From Leucoraja erinacea (lineage: Eukaryota): a stretch of DNA of 64,000 bases. The stretch lies in contig NC_073377.1 of assembly GCF_028641065.1 (NCBI RefSeq), forward strand, positions 101,618,001 to 101,682,000, read 5' to 3'. This document shows, piece after piece, positions 53,787 through 64,000 of this stretch. The position numbers and the translations under genes were made by a program. Within the stretch, counting starts at the first letter, position 1; every line of letters starts with the position of its first letter. The notes beneath the pieces are model-generated. The model did no database searches and was not told the DNA's origin. It was given only the letters and a program-made list of their open reading frames with translations.

Positions 53787-54918
53787 CAATAGACAATAGG
53801 AGCAGGAGTAGGCCATTCGGCCCTTCGAGCCAGCACTGCCATTCAATGTGATCATGGCTGATCATCACCAATCAGTACACAATTCCTGCCTTCTACCCAT
53901 ATCCCCTACTCCGCTATCTTTAAGAGCCCTATCTAGCTCTCTCTTGAAATTATCCAGAGAACTGGCCTCCACTGCCCTCTGAGGCAAACAATTCCTCACT
54001 CACAACTCTCTGTGAGAAAAAGTGTTTCCTCGTCTCTGTTCTAAATGGCTTACCCCTTATTCTGTGGCCCTTGGTTCTGGACTCCCCCAACATTGGGAAC
54101 ATGTTTCCTGCCTCTAGCTTGTTCAAACCCTTAACAATCTTATATGTTTCAATAAGGTCACCTCTCATCCTTCTAAACTCCAGAGTGTACAAGCCCAGCC
54201 GCTCCATTCTCTCAGCCAATGACAATCCCGCCATTCCGGGAATTAACATTGTAAACCTACGCTGCACTCCCTCAATAGCAAGAATGTCCTTCCTCATATT
54301 TTGGGACCAAAACTGCACACAATACTCCAGGTGTGGTCTCACTAGGGCCCTGTACAACTGCAGAAGGACCTCTTTGCTCCTATACTCAACTCCTCTTGTT
54401 ATAAAGGCCAACATGCCATTCGCTTTCTTCACTGCCTGCTGTACCTGTATGCTTATTTTCATTAGGTACACAAAATTGCTGGAGAAACTCAGCGAGTGCA
54501 GCAGCATCTATGGAGCGAAGAAAATAGGCGACGTTTTGGGCCGAAACCCTTCTTCAGACTGAAGAAGGGTTTCGGCCCGAAACGTCGCCTATTTTCTTCG
54601 CTCCATAAATGCTGCTGCACCCGCTGAGTTTCTCCAGCAATTTTGTGTACCTTCGATCTTCCAGCATCTGCAGTTCCTTCTCGAAGACAACGAACTGCTT
54701 ATTTTCATTGACTGATGAACAAGGTCAGATCCCGTTGTACTTTCCCTTTTCCCAACTTGGCACCATTTAGACAATAATCTGCCTTCCTGTTTTTGCTACC
54801 ATAACCTCACATTTTTCCACATTAAACTGCATCTGCCCACTCACCCAACCTGTCCAAGTCACCCTGCATTCTCACAGCATCCTCCAGCTAGTTTGTGTCA
54901 TCTGCAAATTTGCTTATT
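53787..54918 (-). mobile_element. CR1 LINE 3' part, interrupted by fold-back
   Basis: ORF 53950-54507; (caataga)n tail at the left end. Confidence 0.88.
54464..54695. mobile_element. Penelope-derived fold-back insertion
   Basis: 189-bp palindrome 54464-54652 centred at 54558. 14-bp TSD tgcttattttcatt at 54450-54463 and 54696-54709. Confidence 0.85.
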
Positions 54919-56157
54919 TGCTTACTCGAGTTACTCAAGCTACGAAACATCGTCCGCGACCCTCTCCTGGGATCTTCGACCGAACGACTCATGTCACGGC
55001 AAACTCACTCCACCCTACCTACTAGACAACTAGCCAGGCAACTACTAGAACTACAAGTTCGTGCACCGTCGGTGATCCAATCCCAGCTCCAATGCCGCCA
55101 CGACATACAAATAAAATACTATGACAAAACCAGTTCTCCGCTTCAACCGCTCAACAAGGGACAGGTTGGCCGCTTACAGTCACTCAGAGGTTACGACTGC
55201 CTTGGAGTCATTCTGGGGTCAACCGCAGAGCCACGCTCTTACCTTGTCAGTATTGACAATGGTATCTATTGACGAACCCGCCAACACCACCTTCCGGTTA
55301 ATGAACCGGCACCTCCACGTCCTTACCCTGACCAGCCTGCAGGTCTTCCCTCACGCTCCACGAATGCCACCCCAGCGGTTTCTCTACCGGTGCCAGCGCC
55401 ATCCCTGCCTTCCCCGGCGTCTTCTCCTCCGCGTTCACCTGATAAGAGACTTGCTCCCTCAGAGAAGGATGAGGCGCACGAGGGGTAGTACCGTACATGT
55501 GCAGGTCGTGTCTGCAAGCCAAACCCGCTGATTGGAGAATTCACTGGCTTTACTTGAGCTGTGCATGACCTGTTTTGTTTTATGTGCTCATATATGCACA
55601 GGCATGTACAAGTAAAATAAGAAATGCCCACAGCCTATGCTGGTGTTTTACAATATGCTCCACTAACCACTCTATATATGCTTTACTTCTTTAAGAGGAA
55701 GGATGTAGATTAACCCTTATTAATCCCTGCAATTTATAATCTCCACTACACATATATGCATGCCACGCATTACACGATTACGGTACTACACAACTTTACA
55801 CTAACAAGGTCAGCCGGCTCTCACAAGCCACGCCAAGCTGGATATGAATGGCTTGCAGTTCAAATGTTCCAGATTACTTATGGAATAAAGATTGATCTTT
55901 CACTATGTGTGTTGTCATGGATCATTCACAAACAATATCATTCTTTGTTCTGATTGTAGTAGGGAGCAGAAAGCTGGAAGAGAGGTGAGATTAAAGCCTG
56001 GCAAGTGATTGGTGAATACAGGTGAGCAGATGGGGATTGATTATCAGATTGTTGGACAAAGGTCAGAGATCAAAAAGCGAGTTAAGGGTCTGTCCCACTT
56101 AGGTGATTAGTTAGACGATTAGGCTGCTGCCTAGGAATATCTTTCTATATCTTTCAA

Positions 56158-59100
56158 TTTTACTTCGGAGTCACGTGAGTGATTCCGTGAAGAGCCCGCT
56201 CAGCACGCATGCGTGACACATTGCGTTCACGCAGGCAACAGCGACGCAGCGGGAGTCAGGCACTCCCGCTACAAGCCTGAAGGAAAGGAACATTAGGTAA
56301 GTACTTACCTTCAGTTTAAAGTCGGTCTTTGCGTTTGTTTTTGCTCCAGGGGGAGCAAAGCAGCAGAGGGAAGCAGCCCCCGTTCGACTCCAGGGAAGGA
56401 GCCGGCAGTGGAGGGGGGAGAGGCGGCAAAGGGACCGCACACGCTGCGGTCCACAGACACGGGTGCTGCGCTGATGCCCAGTCCGCTAAAACAGCTGTCT
56501 GACCAACAGCAGCGGACTGGAGGGAAATTTAAAAACCGGCCGGCACCCCTGCAGACTCCCGACAAGGAGACTCGTCGCCCGAGAACCGCTGAAATGCCGC
56601 CCGAAAACGGCAGATAGCCTCTAACAGCAAGGTCAGGACCATCCTCGGGCTGGAGACATATACGGAAGATGGGATCAGCACTTCAAACAAGAAACAAGAG
56701 TGTCTGTTTCTCCAAACCCGAGGAAGGTCATGGAGCTAAAAACTCCAGCGAGACTTGCCTCAGGAGCAGGGGCAAGTCCGCCAAGGGAGCTAACACTCCC
56801 ACTCCAGTGCCTAACAGCACTGGCCATCTCCCTTGTCGAGGGATTGATGGGAACCAGAGCTGGGCTGGTCAAGAAGAGGGGTCACTGGCTGAACAACATC
56901 GGGAGTATGCTTGAGGTACAGGATCAGGAAAAGCTGCTGGGTGTGGCCACTATGCGGCTCCACCACTAGCGAGATGGCTTTTCAGTCTCAACTGGTGGCC
57001 AGCTTACTACCTGTTCTTTTCAAAAAACCCTCTCCAAGACAGGTAGTCATGAGGTTTCATCACGCCTCCCCTAAATTGCATTTACTCAGTGCCCACCGTT
57101 ATTGGGGGGTACATTGAGCATAGCTTTTAAAAACCCAAATATCTTAAAATGAATTTGATATCCCTGACGCGGTTATCATTTTCGCATGCTCTTTCCAGAG
57201 GGTCAGGGTAGTATGGCAAAACACCTGACCCTACTGTTCGGAGTGCTCCGCAACTTCTCAGGAAGTTATAAAACCTGCCCTCAACTCAAAAAATTTTACA
57301 GGACTGTGAAAACGCCGACCTCACAACCACAGATCCTGCTGTCTGGCTAAGTTACCAAACCAAGCCTAAAAAACTGGACAAAGTGCCCAAAATATTCGGC
57401 GCAAGAGGGCAGGGTCTGGAATGAGCACCACATGTAAACCAGTCAGCAGTATCTCTAACGCGTCCACCAGGAGGGTCTACCTCATGGTACTGGTGAAAGC
57501 TCGGGGCCTGCATGCCAATCCCGTAAGCCTTTCAGGCCAGGGCCCAGAGCAGGCCCCATGGAAAATGCACCCCCCAACATCACCGCCACGTCAGACAACA
57601 TGCAAGGTATGCACATCGTTGGACCGGCAGGAAACAGAAGAATACCCATAACCATGGAGGTAGGTGGGTCTGGTTCCTACCAACGTATAGAAAATTGGGG
57701 CTTAATACTAACAGGGGGGGGAGATTACACCTGTTTTAAGAAGCACGGGAGTCTATCACAAGTGATCAGTATATACTCAATGGCTTTAGTGGATACAAAA
57801 TACAATTCATACTAGAAAAATTGCCACCAGTTCATCATTTACCGCAGAGGGTATTTTCCCTCTCCGTTAAAGAAACGAGAGGGACAAGCTGAACTGGTGA
57901 GACTAATTACAAAGGGTATCATGGGAAACATGAACCATTGGAATTCGTATTAAATATTCGTCACTAAACCCAAAAAGATGGTGGATGTCGCATCATCATT
58001 GACTTAACTTCACTAAATATGTTTGTTAAGTATATACATTTCAAAATGGAAACGGTTGTTACTGCCAAACAACTAATTTCTAATGGATACTTCATGGCAA
58101 GCATTGATCTTAAAGATGTTTTTCTTTTTCTTTTTTATTTTGTATGGATTTATTGACATTTAATCTATTCAATTAGTTTAATCAATCTCTGTAAAGCACT
58201 TTGGTTATAAGTGATTTTGTTTAAAAGTGTTATATAAATAAATATTATTATTATTATTATTACTATTTAGTACCATTCACAAGGATCATCGCAGATACCT
58301 GAAATTTACCTGGATGGGGCAGCTATGGCAATTTAAAGCGTTACCGAATGGGTTCACATCAGCCCAAGATTATTCACCAAGATACTAAAACCAGCACTGG
58401 CAATATTCACAAGACAAAAACATATTGTCATGGCATATCTTGATGATATCTTAAAAAATAGGCAAGACCATGGAATTGACTATGTTAGCTGTATCAGCTA
58501 CCAAACAGTTATTCGAAACCCTGGGATTGTCTTACATCCAGATAAATCTAAGTTGAAGCCATCCACAATCATGGACTACTTGGGCTTCACAAATAATTCA
58601 GTCTACGTGACTGTAACATTGCCAAGAGACAAAACAGTTGAATTGGCACAATCATGCAACAATTTAATGGTCCACGTACTCCCAACTATTCGACAAGTAA
58701 CAGAGTAATTGGGAAAATGGTAGCAGCATTTCCGGCTACACAATTCGGACCTTTGCACTGTCAAAACTTACAAAGAGCAAAGGTACAGGCACCAAAACGA
58801 CATACAGGTCATTATGATTGTGTCATGAAGTTACCCACTGAAGTAATATCAGAACTACAGTGGTGGGCAAAAAACGTTTGGCATAATTTCAGCCTATTAT
58901 CATCACTAACCCTACGTCAGTTATCCAAACAGATGCCAATGCTCAAGGCTGGGGAGCAACTAACTCTATATCCAGCACAAGTAGTAGATGGACTAACCCA
59001 GAGTCATCGTTACCACTTACACTGGGCATTAATTATCTACAGATGTTGGGTGACTTTTATGGTTTAAAAGCATATGCACAAATATGCATCACTTGCATGT

Positions 59101-61186
59101 ACGGTTACAAATAGATAATACTACGGTGGTGGCCTACATTAACCATATGGGTGGCATAAAATCGGTATCATGCGACAAGTTGGTCAACACAATTTGGCAA
59201 TGGTGTGTCGAAAGACATATTTGGCTATCAGTAACTTACCTGCCAGGTAAGCTAAATACCTGGCAGACACCAGGTCACGTACATTTAATGACAACATCGA
59301 ATGGATGTTAAACCCCAAAAAATTTGCAAAAGTTATCAAGCAATATGGCATGCCAGATATCGATTTATTTGCATCAAGGCTAAATCACCAGGTACCTATC
59401 TATGTTGCTTGGGAACCAGACCCTGAGGCAGCAGCGGTAGATGAGTTCGCGCTGGATTGGGGAAATTCGTCTTCTATGCATTTCCTCCCTTCTGCCTCAT
59501 CAGTTGGGGACTACGCACAATACAAATGCTTCAGGTATTTTGATAGTACCCGACTGGCCTACGCAGCCATGGTTCCCAATACTCCATGACATGGTTGTTG
59601 AAGCTCCGATGGTATTCCCCAGTGACCCAGAGTTATTAACACCCAGTGTCGGGCACAAGCCACCCGTGCCATGAAAAAATCAAACTCCTGGGTTGCAGAT
59701 TCTGCACAAGCCACTTCTGGGACTGGGATTATCAGAACAAACCGTCGACACCATGTCAGTATCCCTCCGAATATCCACTAAAAAACAGCACTTGTCCAGC
59801 ATCAAGAAATGGGAGAAGTACTGCTTGGATACAGGGACCACCTACTAAACCGCTACAGTTACCAATGTACTGGAATTCCTGGCGAACCTTCACCACGATG
59901 AAGGACTCAGCTACAGAGCCATCAACACAGCTAGAAGTGCCCTGCCTGTCTATTTAAAACCAACTCCAGGACAACAGGCCATGGGGTCCCACGTGGTCAA
60001 ACTAATGTAGGGTATTTACTACTCTAACCCCCTAGACCAAGGTACACCCATACATGGGATGTCAGTGTGGTCGTGACATACCTCAGGGGATGGCCACCAG
60101 CCAGATCCCTCAACCTGGAACAATCTATGCTCAAAACACTCATGTTCATGGCACTTGTATCTGCACAGAGGGTCCAGTCACTACACCTATTGCGACTGGA
60201 CAGCATGCTCACAGCTCCAGATCAGATCTCTGTCGTTATCCAGGGACTGATCAAACAGAGCAGACCAGGAACACCTAATCCAGTCGTGGAATTCCGGGCT
60301 TACCCGCCAGAACCACGGTTATGTGCCATGACCCACCTACTATCCTACATAGACACAACCAAAATATTCGAGGGAGATGAAAAGCCTTGTGGGTCAGTCA
60401 TAAAAAACCTTATGGTCGGGTGACGAGCCAAACCATTGCGAGATGGCTCAAGCAGGTGCTAAAACTGCTGGGATAAACACTAACATGTACAAATTTTATT
60501 CCACCAGGGCAGCATCCACGTTGACGGCTAAAAGAATGGATGTCCCTATAGACCACATCCTGGCTACAGCAGGATGGTCGGGGAAAGACCGTTCAGAAAT
60601 CTTATAATAAGCCTTTGGCAAAACCTGTTTTATTTGCAGGAAAGATTTTACGGACTGCAAATATTTAATTTAAGCCCCGGGGAGGGAGCAATTTATTTTC
60701 TTTGTTGTTATTGTTAAAAAATACCATTGTGTTTTTCTACAAACAGATTCATTGGTTGATTACGATAACACACTTCCTCCCTCAAGGACTTCGGCAGTGC
60801 GTGTAGTAATAACTGTTACACGGTTTGAAATCACAGAGCTTTGAAGTCTTCACAGAATCACTCACATGACTCCGAAGTAAAATAGTAAGATTAAACGAGA
60901 ACTTACCAGTTTGAAGTTTGATCTGTATTTTATGAGGAGTTACGATGAGGGATTACGTGCCCTCCGCTCCCACCCTCAATAATATGGGTCAAGCTGATAA
61001 ACTGATGTCTCCTTGTCTTTACTATGTTTACTTCAATAACTGTGTCTATCTGTAATTCCACACCGCTGCTTTGAAGTATGTCGCGCATGCGTGCTGAGTG
61101 GGCTCTTCACATAATCCCTCATCATAACTTCTCATAAAATACAGGTCAAACTTCAAACTGGTAAGTTCTCGTTTAATCTTACTATT
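56158..61186 (+). mobile_element. DIRS1-type tyrosine-recombinase retrotransposon, copy B (near full length, frameshifted)
   Basis: RT motifs (FKMETV, FKALPNGF, MAYLDDIL), RNaseH (TDA..QGWGA, DNTTVVAYINHMGG), methyltransferase-like (DLFAS, FYAFPP) and YR (LALVSAQRV-like, YSTRAAS, AGWS). ICR at 60847-60959; right ITR plus extension 61084-61186. Confidence 0.93.
58119..58260 (+). mobile_element. LINE/SINE 3' tail (L2-like) inserted into DIRS RT
   Basis: tgtaaagcacttt...aaagtgttatataaataaa(tat)n, interrupting the RT between DLKD and YYLVP. Confidence 0.7.
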
Positions 61187-62351
61187 AATTAGGACACCTA
61201 ACTGTGTCGTGATAATGGAAGATGAAACTAGGAAGATCAATGCTGCAGTGTTATCCTGGAATTTCTGGAAAGCAACCTGGAAACTGCTGCAAATGAAGAA
61301 AGGAAAATCGTCAATATGCACATTTAAATTGTGTGTTCTTTTTCATTTTAGGACATTCCTACTTATTCAATATTAAAAGTATTTGAGTAACAAACTTGTC
61401 TAACTAAGAGGAATGATGAAAGGCAAGTCAAGTCAAGTGTATTTGTCACATACACATACAAGATGTGCAGTGAAATGAAATTGGCAATGCTCGCGGACTT
61501 TTGTGCAAAAGACAAACAACAAAACAACCAAACAAATTATAAACACAATCATAACACACAATCGTTCTTATTGACAAAAACCTCTAAGAATTCATTCAAG
61601 CAGTGACAGTGACAAAAAAACTGGACACAGTAGACAAATGTAGAAGACCAGAGAAGGTGAAATAAAATGTTTGCAAAAGACATTAAAAAAAATAGACTAA
61701 AGTAAGGTCATTGAACAAATTATAAACAAGACCAAAGACCTGGAAACAGTGTTTAGGGGGTTATGTCCATAGAAATCAATGAACTGGAGTGAGATGGAAG
61801 GAATTTAATATATTTTTTTAATGATTTAAGGTACAGTGTAAAACTCTGGAGAAAGAATAGAGAACAAGGAAATTTAGAAAATTCCAATTTAATTATTAAT
61901 GTTAAATGTTAGTAAGAAATCTTAGTAAGAAGTCCGTGCATCTCGCAACACAGCACGTTTGCATTTTTACACACGGCTAATGCAGTAATCTCTTTGTGAA
62001 CGTTTATGTCTGATAACAGAGATTAAATTACATTCTTATTTATAATTTAAATTCTATATATTGTGCACAATGTAGATAAGGTGCTAAATGTATGTACCTT
62101 TCATATCTTTCCTGTTACAATGCCACATATCTGATCCCATTACCATTTTAAGCCATGTGTTAGAGAACAGGAAATGACTTTGAGATTACAAGGAAATTCA
62201 ACATCAGTTGTTGAGCCAGGTTGCCAGATACTGATCAGTAGTGATCAGTACATGTTAGACCCCAGTCAGATTTTCTACACCATTAGGTCAATACTCTGGC
62301 TGGTGGCTCCATAGAGGACTGCTACCAAACTTCCTCCTGATAGGTCAGTTA

Positions 62352-62896
62352 AGGGCCTGTCGCACCAACATGCGACTGCATGCGTCTAGTGTGACCAAAC
62401 GTGGTGGCTTGAGGCGTACGGCCTTGCGGGGCTGGTCCACTTCCAACTGCGGAGCTGTCTGGAGTTGTGCAGGGCTGGTCCCGACATCACACTCACCAAT
62501 CTGGGCAGGAGGTGGGCCGACTGAATTTGGACGTCGCACGGCGTCGGGTGGTTACGTCATCACGCAACGACACGCCGGGTGGTGACATCATCGTGTAACG
62601 CCACGTGCTAATCGTACGCCGTCAAGACGCTGCATACGGTGTCGAGACTCTGCGTACACCCGTCGAGGCGCTGCGTACGGCCTCAATGCGGGTGCATGCC
62701 GACAGGTCATTACCGCGCAGAATTTTTGGACAGTGTCAGTTTTTTCGGAGCCCCGCGCGATGTCGGGACCAGCCCCACACAACTCCATACGGCTCCGGCG
62801 ATCGAAGTGGGACCGGCCCCGTGAGGCCGTACGGCTCAAGCGACCACGTTAGGTAGCGCTAGCCACATGCAGTCGCATGCTGGTGGGACAGGCCCT
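62352..62896. mobile_element. PIF/Harbinger-like MITE with long TIRs
   Basis: AGGGCCTGTC...GACAGGCCCT ends, imperfect inverted arms of more than 100 bp, flanks TTA/TCA. Confidence 0.75.
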
Positions 62897-63685
62897 TCAG
62901 TCTTTGACATCTGCATCTGTATTTTGATTTCCACAATTCCCGCTCAATGGATTCATCCACCAAATCCAGTGATAGGAAATAAATGTCCTCAACTGAGTGG
63001 CTGGAAACACTTCATCACTCAGACCCTCAGCATTATGGCCCCAACACATTATTTCAAATGAGTCACCAAACCTTGTTATAAATTTAAGTGCAAGTTATGG
63101 CTTCATTCTTTTTCTTTACTTTATCTTTAAGTCTTTATTTAAAATCTAACTGATTAAAGTATTTTAAAGTACATTTATTTTTGTTATTTCTTATTTTGTT
63201 AATAATTATTTAATTTAGTATTTGTCTGTTAAAACTGTTCCTAAATATCTTGGCTTATCAGAGATATTGAAATCTAGTTAAAGAGATTAAGCAGGGCAGT
63301 AAGCAGTCAAAAGATAAGCAGGGCAGTCATGGAGCTGGGCTTCAAGTTCCATTACTCAAGTCCAAACTGTTGCTCACACCACTCTCTGCCTCAGATGATA
63401 ACCGTAGCATTTAATCTATGGTCCAGTCTATCCCACAAGTGAGAGAAGGGGGGGGGGGGGGGGAGGAGGGGAAGCGGCAACAAGTGCAGGCAGCTGGCTT
63501 GATCAACCATATTGAGTTTGTGAAGTTCATCAATGCAGAATTTTAACTCACCTATACTTAATTCAAGGAAGTAAGAAAAAGAGAGCCAACACTGGTGCCC
63601 TATCATTACAGCATTGTAAAAAACCAATTAGTCCATCATGCGAACACTATACAAGACAAATTCAATCAGTTCTATTCTACAGCTC

Positions 63686-64000
63686 TTTCAGATTCAGATT
63701 CAGATTCAACTTTAATTGTCATTGTCAGTGTACAGTACAGAGACAACGAAATGCATTTAGCATCTCCCTGGAAGAGCGACATAGCATATGATTTGAATAA
63801 ATATTTACATTAGCATATATACAGACATAGTGTTTTTCCTGTGGGAGGAGTGTCCGGGGGGGGGGGGATTGGCAGTCACCGAGGTACGTTGTTGAGTAGA
63901 GTGACAGCCGCCGGGAAGAAGCTGTTCCTGGACCTGCTGGTCCGGCAACGGAGAGAACTGTAGCGCCTCGCGGATGGTAGGAGGGTAAACAGTCCATGGT
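63686..64000 (-). mobile_element. Rex1/RTE-like LINE 3' end
   Basis: (ttcaga)n tail; minus strand carries an NSFFPAAVTLLN-type C-terminus. Confidence 0.6.

Larger units (their letters stand above)
53714..55934 (+). mobile_element. Gypsy-type LTR retrotransposon 3' remnant (integrase C-terminus, PPT, 3' LTR), split by CR1
   Basis: GLAEHAVRSAKEL at about 53711-53785 continues as LRN...SSTERLMSRQTHSTLP...YYDK...GST AEPRSYLV after 54919. PPT aagaggaagga 55693-55703, then a TG...CA LTR 55704-55934 containing AATAAA. Confidence 0.7.

Overview
Eukaryotic (vertebrate) genomic DNA. The repeat content (HE1-like tRNA SINEs, abundant CR1 LINEs, Penelope-derived fold-backs) suggests a cartilaginous fish such as a skate or ray; that assignment is inference. 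The window holds the 5' part of BMP2K (BIKE, NAK-family Ser/Thr kinase) on the minus strand: a CpG-island promoter near 50.1-51.1 kb and coding exons 1-10 (50469 down to 1010), all with GT-AG boundaries that join in frame. The gene continues past the left edge. Introns and upstream DNA are dense with transposons: two DIRS1-type tyrosine-recombinase retrotransposons (14033-18648 minus, 56158-61186 plus) with intact ITR/ICR architecture; a non-autonomous Helitron family (one insertion supported by an empty-site paralog, one head-to-tail array); Penelope fold-backs with hammerhead-like cores; MITEs; and CR1, Rex1-like and Gypsy fragments. The most unusual signals are (i) a palindromic double splice donor and a length-conserved 53-nt intron-like unit in the leader of both DIRS copies, and (ii) a TATA(-30)/Inr core-promoter module conserved in the Helitrons, two copies of which point at BMP2K.
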